Source of the DNA: a virus
Reading direction: 5' to 3' (one strand)
Length of the DNA: 64,000 bases
IMG/VR virus record: IMGVR_UViG_3300046007_003718
Location: 1-64,000 of that record
Within the stretch, counting starts at the first letter, position 1. Each line of letters opens with the position of its first letter. The notes beneath the pieces were generated by a model. That model made no database searches. It saw nothing but the letters and a program-made list of their open reading frames with translations, and was not told the origin of the DNA. Position numbers and translations under genes: made by a program. Positions 30,630 to 42,072 of this stretch are shown in pieces.

Positions 30630-33600
30630 TTATAACAATTTCAATATATCAATTCCATAGCGGTCATTCATATAATCAACCCATTCATCATTAATTGAAA
30701 GAGCATCAGAGGGAACTCCTCCCTTGACGGCTAGAGAATTATTTAACCCATGACTTGCAAAAACATTATTGGGAGTATCAAGGTGTGAATGATCTTCCAT
30801 CCATTGCCCCAGAGTATAGTCTGGATTATTTTTATGTTCTTCTTCAAACGGCATTGACTTTAGATTAAACATATCTACACCTCGGTCAGAAAAACCAAAT
30901 GCGTGGTAAATATCCTCATCTGGTTTTATCGTAGAAGGATCTACTTTTGACATATCAATCTTGATTGCGGGAGGTCTCTTCCTAGAATAAAAATTCTTTC
31001 TACCTAGATATACATGATCTGGTCTGGAAGTGAGCCAATCATCATATTCTGATATTCCCGTCTGCTCTTTAGGCAGAATTCCATTTTGCAAAATAGATCT
31101 AACTGTATTGATTTGATCGTTTAATTCTTCTTTACTTCTTGCTGCCGCAACATCATGATACATATTTGGCTCATATTGAAAAAGTTCTCTAGATTGCTCT
31201 TCGCTTAAAGAAGATCTTTTTTTAAACTTTCTTGTCTTGTGTGTTTTGAGTGGCCCATACTTTCTAACAGACCTTTGATGATCGTTTAGAGAAGTTTGAA
31301 ACTTAGGATGCATTTTTCTTTTCTTCTTTTCTGCTTTCTTCCACTTTCCGACTTTAGATAATTTTAAATCACTAATCTTAAATTGTTCTGGGCTGTTGGA
31401 TCTATTTGAATTATTCCATGACGGATAATCTTCTGACGTATTCCACTTTAATAATTTTACATCTTCAACTGGTATGTTTGCCTCTTCTGCTGCTGTTCTC
31501 CACTTATCATCATAATAATCATCATCTTGGGTTAAAATACCGCCACCGTCAGGGGCTATTTCAACCTGTTCTGTTCTCATCTTTTCATATTCGTGCGGAT
31601 CAGACATATGAAGAATTGTCTTAGTTTCTGGATTATAAAGACCGCGCCAATAATCTCTTCTCATCAAAGCAATTCCTTGCTCTTTATCTGGAAGGGCTTG
31701 AATGTGAGCATGATGTGGGTCATCGGATACAAACATCTTTCCATCCCCCGTTATTACAGCAGCATGATACCCATCTACCCAATGACTCTTCTTTCTCCAT
31801 TTAGATTGTTTTGGAGAAATATAGCCAAACATCTCTTTAGGATTCTTTTGATACCAAAGGGGGTCCATTCTCCATCCATCTTCATCGTATTCATCAACTT
31901 TATACAGTCCTTTGAAATCATTTACTGGGACACCACTTTTACTTGCGGCTTCTCTCCAAACATCTTCATGATTTTCAATATCAGAAAGATGGTTAGGGCT
32001 TGTTGCATACTCACCAAAAGTCATCTTTTCAACAGGAGAAGTCATATGAAAAAGTTCTCCAGTATCTGGATTATAAAGTCCACGATAAGACTTGCTTAAA
32101 TCACTTCCTATCCACCCATTATCTATTAAAGTTTGTTGATGAATATCTTCCCAGTCGCCTGCAATATGCATTTTTCCATCAGGATCAATTACGGCTGCAT
32201 GAAATCCCTCTATCCAATGGCTTTTCTTTTTCCATTTAGATTCTTTATACCCAACAGGCTGAATAATAAGATCATATGGATGTTTGCCATGATCAAAGTG
32301 GAATGACCAGCGCTTCTTTTCTTCGTAAAGTTTTAGATCTTCTATTGCGTGGCCATCTTGCTCTTTAGCCTCGGGGTCAATCTTTTTATTGTCATGAGGG
32401 TTTTTCTTATTTATATATCCATTTTTAAGTTGCTTAAGCCACTTAAGAGTTTGCTTCTTTACTTCCTCCCAACTTCCGGTTGTGAGGATATCGTGGCCCA
32501 ACTCTCCATCAAGGACGGCTTCCCACGCATCTTCTTTAGATGTTTTCCATTTAGACATTCTCATCTGGGCCACCTCTGCTGGGGAATGACGATTATATCT
32601 ATTTACATCGTATCCAACATATGGATTTCTTTCAGGCTCTCCCGAAAACATTTTTACCTCTGATACTGGAATGTCAGCATCTTCAGCAGCCTTAAGCCAT
32701 TCTTTTTCGGTTTTATATGGAGATATAAAATGTTCTGGGCTATTAAACCATTCAAAACCCAGTGGCCATTGCTTTTCAGTATCATCTGTGCTGTAATCCC
32801 AACTATTTTGAAGTTTGTTCCACTCTTCGGGAGTTGTCATATGTAACAACTCGCCAGTATCCTTGTTGTAAAGACCACGATGATATTTACGCAGTCCTAG
32901 ATCGCTAAATAAACTTCCGTGAAAATGATTCCAATCTTTAGCGACTCTCATTTCGCCATTTGGAGTAATAATTGCTGCATAATAATCCTCTAACCAATGG
33001 CCTTTTTTCTTCCATTTAGAAACTTTTGGCATAAACTCTTCTGAATCTAAGAGATTAAAATCTTCTTTTTTGTTTTCACCGTGCCAAAGTTTCTTAAGAG
33101 GCTCATCTCCATATTCATCTGCATCTTTTTCGTACATTAATTTAAAATCTCTAATAGGAATATTTGACTGATTGGCAGCATCTCTCCAATAAGTTTCATG
33201 CTCTAAAGGATTTATGGCCTCATCTTTACTTAGATATTCATAACCGGGGGACATATTCTCATGCTCTTCTGAAGAGGTCATGTGGATAAGTTCTCCAGTT
33301 TTATGATTATAAAGTCCACGATATTGAGGATAACCGCCAATATCCCAATGCGTTGCGTGCCAAGTATCGTCTTCGTCAATTACATTTCCATTACCATCAA
33401 CAATAACCATTCCCGGAGGAGCAACTTCCATTTTCCCATGTTGATTGATTATTGCAGCGCTAAATCCTTCAATCCAATGCGCTTCTTTTTTGTTTCCAGT
33501 ACGTTTTGGTGCAGGAGAAGCAAAAGTAATTTGATATTCATGCTTATAATTCTCTTCTGGTTTATTCCAAAGAAATTTAAAATCTTCTGGAGATTCTTCC

Positions 33601-36600
33601 GGTATGTCTCTTTTGTGCATTACATGAACAGATCCAATAGGAATATGTTTTTTATCAACTACATTTAGTTTATCGCCACCCTTTAATAAACCACTAAGAT
33701 TGGGATTCTTGCCATTTTCATCAACGGGTCCATAATCGCCCATCTCTCCAGCCGGTTCAATAATGTCAACAGGCTTTTTTGCAGCATCCATCCAAACTTT
33801 TTGATGCTCTTCGGGGGTAGCATCTAAAGCCTCTCTATTTGGCAAGATATCGTCGTATCTATTTTTTACATATTCTGTTGGTGAACTTAAATGAATTACT
33901 TCTTTTAATTCTGGATTATATAACCCGCGATAATCAGGGAAAGTACCATTTGCTGCGTGAATATTCCAATGATTCATACCTTCGTGATTTGCAAGAATCA
34001 TTCTATATCCACCATTTTCTTCATCAGGAATTAAAGTTGTTGAGTACCATCCGGGGAAATAAGTTCCTCGTTTTTTAATGCTTCCAGTCTTTGTATCGTA
34101 TCCGCCTTGTGCTATTTCCCAAGGAGTTAGAGGACGTTTTCTTTCGCGCATTCTCATCTCTCTAGATACTTCTTCAGGCATTTCCAAATCTGCAACATTT
34201 AGATCTTCCAAGTGCCCTGTCTGATTGTTTAATACGCGAATAGAATCTAATTCGATGTTATTTTGTTCAGCAAGTTGTCTCCAGAATGCTTCCATTCTGT
34301 CGCGCTCATCTTGATCTAGATGTTTGAAGTTATATTCTGCTTCATTCCAAAAATCGGGGTGAGACATATGAATAAAATCTTTTGTGACTGGATTATAGAG
34401 GCCTCTTGCTGTATGATAATTATAATAGTCCGTGCGACTATCCTTATCTGCGACAGCCTTTCTCATGGCTTTTGTGCCAAGATCATTTATATAATCTGCT
34501 GTCACGCCTCCGTGGGTCAGTTTATCATTGAAACCCACATCCATGTGCCAAACGTCGGTGTCTGGGTCTCTTAACGCAACTGTTGCATGATATCCATCTA
34601 CCCAGTATGAGAGTTTGGACATATTATCTAATGCAATTAGAATCGCAGCCTTTTGAGAAAAACCTGCTTTGATTAGAGATTGTTCCATTTCTTGTTGCAT
34701 ATCTAGTTTACTTTTCTTTTCAGGAAGGTCTTTGGGGCTTTGCCCCTCAACATATTCACAAGCCTGAGCGCGAGTCATTCCTTTAGGTGGCTTAATTGAT
34801 CCATTGCAGATTGCTTGCATATATCTGAACTGAGCCTTACTGCGGGCTGGGGCTTCTTTAATCATCCATTTGGACTTAATAGAAGGAAGAGGTAAACGTC
34901 GTTTAGAACCATATTCTTGATAATACTTATCAATTGCATCTTTAATATCCATATCTTTTGCAGCACGACCGACCCAATTTTCTTTATAGACAGGATCTGA
35001 TTCTTCGATTATTGGATATCTTCTCATAAAGTCTGCAAAAAGATTTGCATCTATTTCCATCGGATGCTTAACATATTCCTCTTCAAACTTTTTAGCAACC
35101 TCTTCGTCTGTTAGGCTTGGATCTATTTTAGTTGGATCAAAATAAGCATCTCTCAACTCTTTTGTAAAGCGTTCTTCTTGGTGTTGATAAGCATGTTGCA
35201 ATTCATGCCAAAGTGCTTCGTTTGCAGATTCTGGAGAGATAAGAGGATTAATATAAATAAATCCACTTCTGTTCTTTCCTTGGGGAGATTCGTGAGTCCC
35301 CAATGCCGCTCTGTTCCAGTGGGTAAGGTCTGGTTTTTCTCTTCCTTTGAGTTGTGCCTGTTCTAAGGATAGAGGAAAAACATTATATTTACTTTCTAAT
35401 GGCCACTCTGGGTGATTGTATAGTCTTTCCAGATTCTCTTTATTCAATTGCCATCTGTGACCCCGAGGGTCTTTATTGTATTTGTATCTTTCTTCAATCT
35501 CTTCAGCAGAAGGCGCTGGGGCTTTTTCATATCCCTCACCGAATTCTTCTGCTTTTTCTGCTGGAGGAACGGATATTTTCCACTTAGACAGACTTACAAA
35601 ATCTTGTTTTTGTGCTTTTTCTTTCAATTTTGGATTTACTATATCTGCACCGATTGGCGTTGGAAGATTATCTTTCATCCATCTAAGAACGGCGAGAGAT
35701 AATCTTGGATATCTTTGATTAAAATTATCTACTGTTTCTTGTGCATATGGATAATAAGTCTTTGCATGACCTTGTTCATTTAATTTTTGTAAATATATTC
35801 TACTTCCGGGGTAATAACTCTGTCCATCCATATAAGTAGCAGGCACATTATAATGAATACTTTCTACATAAGTTGGATTTTTATATTCCGAATATGCACC
35901 TTCAAGATCGTTAGGATCGCTAAAATCTTCGCCATATTCCAATGGATCAGTTTCCACATAATGATTAAATAATTCTGGGTGATTTAAATTATATTCCATT
36001 CCATAAACAATTTGAAGTTTTTCTGGATCCCAAAAAGATATGTTGTGATTGATTTGAGAACGTTGAGACAAGTAAAACCTATCTTTAGACAACATTCCGC
36101 TAGGGACTTCAGTTAATGAACGAGTAAGAGCATCAGAATCTATTTCTGCAATAGGAATAACTCCATATCTTGCAAAATTAGGAACTAATTCATGAACTAT
36201 TGCATAACCCGAAGGTATCTCATACTCGTCAATATTTCTTACATCTATTGGAGTTGCTTTTTCTGACGAAACGACTACCCAAGACTGTTTTTCCATTTCG
36301 TCAAGTAGTTTAGAATAAAAGCCCCATCCTCCGATTGGATCTTTATATGTATCAGGTTGAGGATTATTCTTGCGACGAACTATTCTCCATTTCTTACCAT
36401 TAATAATTTTTATCTCATCTTCATGCTCATCTGAAGTATCTTCATTTTGAATAGATTCAAAAGTTGTTTCTGCTGCGGGAGGACCGTCTGTGTGTTGGCG
36501 GTACATTCTATTAGCATCTTGTGCCATTTTCCACTTAGATTCTTTTTGTGGTCCATAAAGCGCACGTTGCATTAATTGTGCCCGAGTTGGGACTGGAGTA

Positions 36601-37127
36601 TCTTCATTTGCAGCAGAAAGCCCTTCATGTAAACCGGGAATAAAGCCAACTCTTTGATCAGTAAAACCACCACGATCAATTGCATACCCGGTTTGACCTA
36701 AGCATTCTGTTGCCAGTGCTTTTTGTGCATGAGGACTTGATAGAGCAAAATGTGTGGAACATGCATCATTTTCACCATGCCAGCCAAAGTCACCTTCAGT
36801 TGCTGCATGACCAAAAACATCATGAACGATTCTGAAGTTTATATTATCTTGTGGGGTCCAGATGGGGTGATCTGCATTTGCAGTAGAAACAATAAAATTT
36901 CTATTGTTTCTTATATCACGGATCATATCCTCAGAAGTATCATAAGGTTCTGGATCCTCTGTTTCTGTTACATTTAAGTGTTGTTTAATGTAATCAGCGT
37001 GTTCCTTAGATTCTTCTGCCAGTTGTTTCCAAGCATATTCTGCTTTTGGATCGTACTTAGGCAAAGCCGCATATCCAGCAGCCACATCTCCAATGTTGTG
37101 GCGAGAATGATCCATATTCCATTGCAT
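30630..37127 (-). CDS. Giant multidomain (polyvalent) protein, probably packaged: HExxH peptidase, six RGLYN repeats, C-terminal ADP-ribosyltransferase-like domain
   Basis: WHELQHAYQH...EIDA; six RGLYN...H(M/L) units; YH...SILQNGILP...S...VYL...GGVP. Confidence 0.7.
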   Translation of the reverse strand: MQWNMDHSRHNIGDVAAGYAALPKYDPKAEYAWKQLAEESKEHADYIKQHLNVTETEDPEPYDTSEDMIRDIRNNRNFIVSTANADHPIWTPQDNINFRIVHDVFGHAATEGDFGWHGENDACSTHFALSSPHAQKALATECLGQTGYAIDRGGFTDQRVGFIPGLHEGLSAANEDTPVPTRAQLMQRALYGPQKESKWKMAQDANRMYRQHTDGPPAAETTFESIQNEDTSDEHEDEIKIINGKKWRIVRRKNNPQPDTYKDPIGGWGFYSKLLDEMEKQSWVVVSSEKATPIDVRNIDEYEIPSGYAIVHELVPNFARYGVIPIAEIDSDALTRSLTEVPSGMLSKDRFYLSQRSQINHNISFWDPEKLQIVYGMEYNLNHPELFNHYVETDPLEYGEDFSDPNDLEGAYSEYKNPTYVESIHYNVPATYMDGQSYYPGSRIYLQKLNEQGHAKTYYPYAQETVDNFNQRYPRLSLAVLRWMKDNLPTPIGADIVNPKLKEKAQKQDFVSLSKWKISVPPAEKAEEFGEGYEKAPAPSAEEIEERYKYNKDPRGHRWQLNKENLERLYNHPEWPLESKYNVFPLSLEQAQLKGREKPDLTHWNRAALGTHESPQGKNRSGFIYINPLISPESANEALWHELQHAYQHQEERFTKELRDAYFDPTKIDPSLTDEEVAKKFEEEYVKHPMEIDANLFADFMRRYPIIEESDPVYKENWVGRAAKDMDIKDAIDKYYQEYGSKRRLPLPSIKSKWMIKEAPARSKAQFRYMQAICNGSIKPPKGMTRAQACEYVEGQSPKDLPEKKSKLDMQQEMEQSLIKAGFSQKAAILIALDNMSKLSYWVDGYHATVALRDPDTDVWHMDVGFNDKLTHGGVTADYINDLGTKAMRKAVADKDSRTDYYNYHTARGLYNPVTKDFIHMSHPDFWNEAEYNFKHLDQDERDRMEAFWRQLAEQNNIELDSIRVLNNQTGHLEDLNVADLEMPEEVSREMRMRERKRPLTPWEIAQGGYDTKTGSIKKRGTYFPGWYSTTLIPDEENGGYRMILANHEGMNHWNIHAANGTFPDYRGLYNPELKEVIHLSSPTEYVKNRYDDILPNREALDATPEEHQKVWMDAAKKPVDIIEPAGEMGDYGPVDENGKNPNLSGLLKGGDKLNVVDKKHIPIGSVHVMHKRDIPEESPEDFKFLWNKPEENYKHEYQITFASPAPKRTGNKKEAHWIEGFSAAIINQHGKMEVAPPGMVIVDGNGNVIDEDDTWHATHWDIGGYPQYRGLYNHKTGELIHMTSSEEHENMSPGYEYLSKDEAINPLEHETYWRDAANQSNIPIRDFKLMYEKDADEYGDEPLKKLWHGENKKEDFNLLDSEEFMPKVSKWKKKGHWLEDYYAAIITPNGEMRVAKDWNHFHGSLFSDLGLRKYHRGLYNKDTGELLHMTTPEEWNKLQNSWDYSTDDTEKQWPLGFEWFNSPEHFISPYKTEKEWLKAAEDADIPVSEVKMFSGEPERNPYVGYDVNRYNRHSPAEVAQMRMSKWKTSKEDAWEAVLDGELGHDILTTGSWEEVKKQTLKWLKQLKNGYINKKNPHDNKKIDPEAKEQDGHAIEDLKLYEEKKRWSFHFDHGKHPYDLIIQPVGYKESKWKKKSHWIEGFHAAVIDPDGKMHIAGDWEDIHQQTLIDNGWIGSDLSKSYRGLYNPDTGELFHMTSPVEKMTFGEYATSPNHLSDIENHEDVWREAASKSGVPVNDFKGLYKVDEYDEDGWRMDPLWYQKNPKEMFGYISPKQSKWRKKSHWVDGYHAAVITGDGKMFVSDDPHHAHIQALPDKEQGIALMRRDYWRGLYNPETKTILHMSDPHEYEKMRTEQVEIAPDGGGILTQDDDYYDDKWRTAAEEANIPVEDVKLLKWNTSEDYPSWNNSNRSNSPEQFKISDLKLSKVGKWKKAEKKKRKMHPKFQTSLNDHQRSVRKYGPLKTHKTRKFKKRSSLSEEQSRELFQYEPNMYHDVAAARSKEELNDQINTVRSILQNGILPKEQTGISEYDDWLTSRPDHVYLGRKNFYSRKRPPAIKIDMSKVDPSTIKPDEDIYHAFGFSDRGVDMFNLKSMPFEEEHKNNPDYTLGQWMEDHSHLDTPNNVFASHGLNNSLAVKGGVPSDALSINDEWVDYMNDRYGIDILKLL

Positions 37128-37128
37128 A

Positions 37129-37179
37129 AAACAAAACCCCCAGACTATACATATATTATAGTCTGAGGGCTGGGTTTTA
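37129..37179 (-). terminator. Hairpin/terminator separating the virion module from upstream genes
   Basis: CAGACTATA/TATAGTCTG and AAAACCC/GGGTTTT inverted repeat with T-tail. Confidence 0.6.
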
Positions 37180-37614
37180 TTAGGCCAAAACTAGCATATC
37201 TACAGGCCAAACATATTCTAGGTCATTTGGAATATCAGACCAGAACTGACTGTAGTGGTCAAAATCTTTGCGGAGAAGATTAGACTTATGTGAAGTATGA
37301 AAATCTTCGTCACCAAGCCACGGAGGAAGGGTGACTTGATTGTTGCCAATACGATCACGGAACCATTCTAGTTGAGTGTCATTGTAACCGCGCTCAATCC
37401 ACTCTAGACAAATAACAGAGCCATAGTAGGCAAGAGCGGTCTCGTAACCACGCCACATATTGACAGCAGGGTGGTTGCGCCAACCCTTAGCCTCGTCACC
37501 GCGATCAATGGTAAGGAGAACTTGCTTGGCCTCAACGCGCTGCTTGCCTAGTCTGCGCCAGTCAAGAACAGAAGCGGTCTCATAAAAATCTGAATATGGA
37601 AGGAAAGTTTGCAT
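37180..37614 (-). CDS. Pyrimidine-dimer DNA glycosylase-like protein (MSMEG_6728 family)
   Basis: MQTFLPY...LD.RRLGKQRVEA...W.NHPA..MW.GY...PPWLG...SH.SNLLRKD. Confidence 0.9.
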   Translation of the reverse strand: MQTFLPYSDFYETASVLDWRRLGKQRVEAKQVLLTIDRGDEAKGWRNHPAVNMWRGYETALAYYGSVICLEWIERGYNDTQLEWFRDRIGNNQVTLPPWLGDEDFHTSHKSNLLRKDFDHYSQFWSDIPNDLEYVWPVDMLVLA

Positions 37615-37623
37615 ATTTGTATC

Positions 37624-39105
37624 TTACAAGAATCTTATATCTTTTTCAAGGGCATAAGTTGCGCTAACAATTTGCTTCTTAAGAGCAGCATTGATTTCCC
37701 GCAATTGCTTCACTTCGATAACAAGTTTGGCAACATCGCTAGCAGCATTTTCAAAAAATTCTAAATCTGAATGAGTCATTGGCTTGCCATTCTCTCGTTC
37801 AATATAAATAAATGCATCGTCGCTAGAGATATCGGCTCTCCAATTGGTGGGAGTTGCGTTTCTCACTCGTTCAGATACTTCGTTTAGATTATTTTCAATC
37901 ACTTTTCTTTCCCTGCTCGTAGGTTTGCCCTTTTTACTCTATCATTGATTCTTGTTTTTTCTATTTCTCTTAAAACAAGATCTGATTTGAAAGTCTTTAA
38001 TTCTTGAATAAAATCAACAGCAATGTCTAATTGCCTCTGCAAAGACTCTTTCTCTTCTGTGGCTTCGACCAATTTATCTGTGGAATTAGCCCACATATCT
38101 TCCCAATCTACCATAATATATCTCCGAATAGAAAGGGGGCGGGAAATCCCGCCCCCTTTTATTTAACTTACGACTGGAGCGCTTGACAGAACCTCATGCC
38201 AAGCGGTCTTCACGTTCTCATCTCTTGTTGCTGCGTCCTGAACAAGAGCAACAGGGTTTGAATTCGGGAAATTATCATCTAGACCAAACCGAGAAACAAT
38301 CTCAGTAGCACCTGTCTGAAGGTGGTCTGTGTGTGCAGTGCTTACAAGTCCAAAATGCATTTTATGCCTTTCTTTAGTTAATTTAAGAATGTATTGGGGT
38401 CCAACTCTGGCCCATCATAGTTGCGAACGAAATCTGCTTCATCTTCTTCAAGAAAAGTAACATTGAGTGGAATTTCAATAACTTGAAGTTTTTCACCCTT
38501 CGTCTTTTCAAAGATGAAAGACATTTGATCATAAATGTCTAGAGCATCCTCCACATCAAGAGAAGCATACACAATAGTATTCTCTCTTGCAACTACATAG
38601 ACGGATAATCCGTCGTCGTCAATCTCTTCGTCGCCGTAAATAAAGAAACTGTTCTCCTTCATTCGTGTTACTCGTTTCTGGTTGGTATGAAAACTCGTAT
38701 TTTTCCATTACTTTTGCATATTCCTTCTCAAAAGAGTTTTTATTTGACTCTTTCCATCCGTTGGCATATAAATCATGAAAATCATTCTTTTCGTTATTCA
38801 TTTACTTTTAGCCCTTTTGTCACTATTTTAAGGTTTTCTGTGCCTTTTTCGGTTAAAAACCAGTCAAAAACGGCCTTTTTAAGCCCTTTTTCGTCTAAAT
38901 CTGCGTTTGAGAGGCTAAAAGTAGTGCATCCCAAATCGGACAGATCTTCTGAATAAAACTCTACTTCCGCAGTCTTTTCGCCTCTAATTTGGGTTATTTT
39001 GATATATAACGGTTTATTGTCGCTACCATCAATAGACATTACGACACAATTTTGGACTACAGACTGTATTTTTCTAATATTTAACTTAAACATGGACTTT
39101 GCCAT
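37624..39105 (-). CDS. Run of small hypothetical genes (37624-37902, 37899-38114, 38378-38662, 38619-38801, 38794-39105)
   Basis: Abutting or overlapping minus-strand ORFs. Confidence 0.55.
38132..38160. terminator. Bidirectional intrinsic terminator
   Basis: AAAGGGGGCGGGA-AA-TCCCGCCCCCTTT. Confidence 0.8.
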
Positions 39106-39145
39106 ACACCTAACTTATCAGAATCCCACTCCCAAATCAAGAATC

Positions 39146-39349
39146 TTAGTTTTTAGAATCTTTCATTTTTGGGTGGGGAGAAATCCAACCAAATATAACA
39201 GCGGAGAGAGTTGCGATTGCCCCCGCAACAGTATCAGGCACCACAATACCAAACATAGTTAGAATCCAAACAATAATTACTCCGACTGCTCCACCTATGG
39301 CTGCTGTTCCTACGGTAGTATCTGGACCCATAATAGTCTCCCTTTTCAA
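39146..39349 (-). CDS. Small two-TM holin-like protein
   Basis: Two hydrophobic helices around VPDTVA; basic C-terminus. Confidence 0.5.
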   Translation of the reverse strand: MKRETIMGPDTTVGTAAIGGAVGVIIVWILTMFGIVVPDTVAGAIATLSAVIFGWISPHPKMKDSKN

Positions 39350-39368
39350 CTATTATGTTTCGCGGAGA

Positions 39369-39623
39369 TTATGAATCCTTTATAACTTCATAGACCTTTG
39401 TTGTGATCCATCGAATATAGGGCCACGCCAAAAACACGACAAAACTGAGGCCCCACACGGCTACCCACGCGGCAATAAGGATAGTGGAAATAATTCCACC
39501 AATGAAGATTGATACGGGAATTATCGCCAAAAGAATAAAAGCGCCAACAATAAAAAAGCCAACAAATATTTGGGCCATAGTATATTCTAGATCATCTTTA
39601 TTACACTTCTTTAGTTTACTCAT
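39369..39623 (-). CDS. Small membrane protein
   Basis: Two long hydrophobic segments. Confidence 0.5.
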   Translation of the reverse strand: MSKLKKCNKDDLEYTMAQIFVGFFIVGAFILLAIIPVSIFIGGIISTILIAAWVAVWGLSFVVFLAWPYIRWITTKVYEVIKDS

Positions 39624-39722
39624 TATTCCTATCTTATATATCTCTATATCTTAAAGACCTAAGTATAACTCTATATAGGTCTTACTCATTATGCAAATCA
39701 TATACATAACTAAAACGAAAAC

Positions 39723-39748
39723 AAAAAGGGGGCCACTCACGGCCCCCT
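39723..39748 (-). terminator. Intrinsic terminator
   Basis: AGGGGGCC/GGCCCCCT hairpin followed by Ts on the minus strand. Confidence 0.7.
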
Positions 39749-39754
39749 TAGAGT

Positions 39755-40435
39755 CTACGACCTATACTTCAAAACATCATCATAGTAATCGGGATCATAA
39801 AACCTTCCCGATGTATTGGGATCTGTACTCGCATCTTCGTTGTTTGTAAAGAACCTGCGGATAAGATCAATTACCTCTCTATATGCATATGCATCATTCA
39901 AGTTGCTCTTCTCTACAAGGCTCACATAGAAATCAAGAAGATCCTCCCGATTCATATGGATGACAACAGTTTCATCCTTCTCACTTCGGACGACGATATC
40001 GCCCTTAAGAACATCAATTGACATTAGACCTCTTAATCCTTTCACTCTTGGATATTCCAACCCTTATTATAACAACTATTATATGCCTGCCAATACCCAA
40101 TCGCAACATCGCGTGGGCCTACATTCTCAATGCGATTAAGTGCATCAAGAAACAGATACGAGCGCATAACGAGCGACAAATCAATTCCTCGCGGCGCAGC
40201 GTTCAAAAAATTACTTTTTGTCACAATATTGTTACAATCTCATCTAGCCTGTACGACGGAGATTATAGATCTGGATATCCTGAATGAATGCTGCATTATT
40301 CAAATCAAGGGATCCTTCGGCAATCTTCGTGACAAGATCATTCTTGGCAGCCTCAATGGCCTCTGGGTCTCCCTGACCTTCGGCTTCAACATTGACAGTT
40401 AAGACAATATCTGCCTGTGCCTGATAAGTAGCCAT
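39755..40435 (-). CDS. Three small hypothetical genes (39755-40060, 40042-40224, 40244-40435)
   Basis: Packed ORFs, the first transcribed with an AAGGA RBS. Confidence 0.5.
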
Positions 40436-41729
40436 CTAATTCCTTTCTATTTGTAATCTATAAAGATTCCTATAAGGACGATAAAGAACACTATCCCAAG
40501 GAAACATAAAAGCATAAACATAACTGCATCATGCAGGGCCTGCATATCAGTCCTTATCTTGCTTGCGCTTAACGTTCCAGATCATGATTAGTATCATGGC
40601 CAAGGGAACGAGTAGCCAAACGATATATTGACCAAGGAAATACATACACCTACTCTACCAAATATGCTCGCAGATTTCAAAGGGCTGGGACTCCTATCCG
40701 CAGACATACTTTGCGTTTTAGGGATATGGGGGGGTGCTTAATGGACAAAACATATAGGGGGTATATCTTTTGTCCACATATACATAGCAGAACAGTACCG
40801 TTTTCGGTACGGTCTTGCTACCGCTTTAAGGGAAAACTCTTGCGGCGGTACAAACACCCAGCCTAAGCATCTGTCGCTTGCGCCTTCATGCATAAACTCA
40901 AACTACGGAAAATTGCTTACAGATTTAAGAGGAGGGGGACTCCTAACTCAGATATGGGTACCCTTGATTTAAAAGGGATATGGGGGGAGGGGGGGGGTGG
41001 CCCCCTACACTATAGTCGGCCCCCTGTCAAGTCACACCTGTATGTCACAGTTAAGTGTAACTTACCTATTGGGATTCTCCCATGCCATAAGCACAAAGGG
41101 ATAAACGAGATACATAGCCAGAGTCACTACAGCAGAAGCATATCCCAGCATGACCATAGGCACACCAATGAGGGGCAGGGGCACCATGATGATGAGGCCA
41201 AGGACAAGTACCACAAACCCCCTTGCCACAATGGCATTGGCCCATCTCCTCCACGGGTGGAGCGTAGCCTTCCCTTCCCTGTATCCACGGCTAAACGCCT
41301 GTGTGAATGACTCCCTATGAGCCTGTACGGGCACGCTGTTTACATGAGCATGGGGAATACGCCCACTATTCACCACTTCTCCCCCACTATCCCCACCTGT
41401 GTTGGATGCATCGTTCTCCCCATAGCCAAGGGATATACGGCTGCCTTCCATCGTTGTGTAGTCCGGCTTTGTATGTGACACCTGTGTTGCACCTCCCCCT
41501 CTGTATCTTGTCTATATGTGACATATGCTTATTGGTATGTATATGGGCCGCCGAATGGGCTTCCCTGTAGAGGTGAGTTACACCCCAAAAGTATTTTTTT
41601 TAACCGCCGACGCGAGGGCATAGCCTCCCCCTTCCTGCCGTCCCCCGCATACTATCATATGTGTCAAGTGTATGCCCTCCTCGTTTGTACCGGGTGGGCT
41701 TCTATGGGCCACGGGCATTGGATGAATCC

Positions 41730-42010
41730 ATGAGAAGCGATCTACGGGCCGCGAATGGGGCTACCCATGCTAGGACATAGGCTAGGGGGTCGGAGGCCCG
41801 TGTAGGCCTTCCTGTGGCTTCCTGTGCATGGTCCCGTGGATGCCAGCCCCCGTGTCTGGTGGGCCAGCCTGTTCTGTATGGGTCATGGCCGTTGGATGAA
41901 TCGCTGAGAGGCTCTGTATGGGCCGCGCCTCGGGGTACCCATGCTAGACCCTTGCCCACCACCTCGGAGGCCGTCCTAGGCCCTCCTGTGGCCTCGGAGG
42001 CATGGTCCCC
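41730..42010. repeat. CCCATGCTAG-core element, tandem copies 1 and 2
   Basis: Cores at 41764 and 41938 with conserved arm spacing. Confidence 0.85.
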
Positions 42011-42019
42011 GGAACGACA

Positions 42020-42045
42020 AAGGGCCACCCCGGAAGGTGGCCCTT
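42020..42045 (-). terminator. Terminator hairpin after the helicase C-half
   Basis: AAGGGCCACC/GGTGGCCCTT. Confidence 0.7.
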
Positions 42046-42072
42046 GTCTCCTGCCCGTTTATCCCGTGACCC

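Noticed and set aside
30630-37127. Diversity-generating retroelement or intein explaining the polyprotein repeats
   Set aside because: No reverse transcriptase, no near-identical DNA pair differing at adenines, and no intein splice motifs seen.
41062-42028. ORFs 41062-41481, 40888-41310 and 41702-42028 as real genes
   Set aside because: Atypical composition, overlap with repeat or terminus-like DNA, no recognisable motifs; 41062-41481 remains possible but unsupported.
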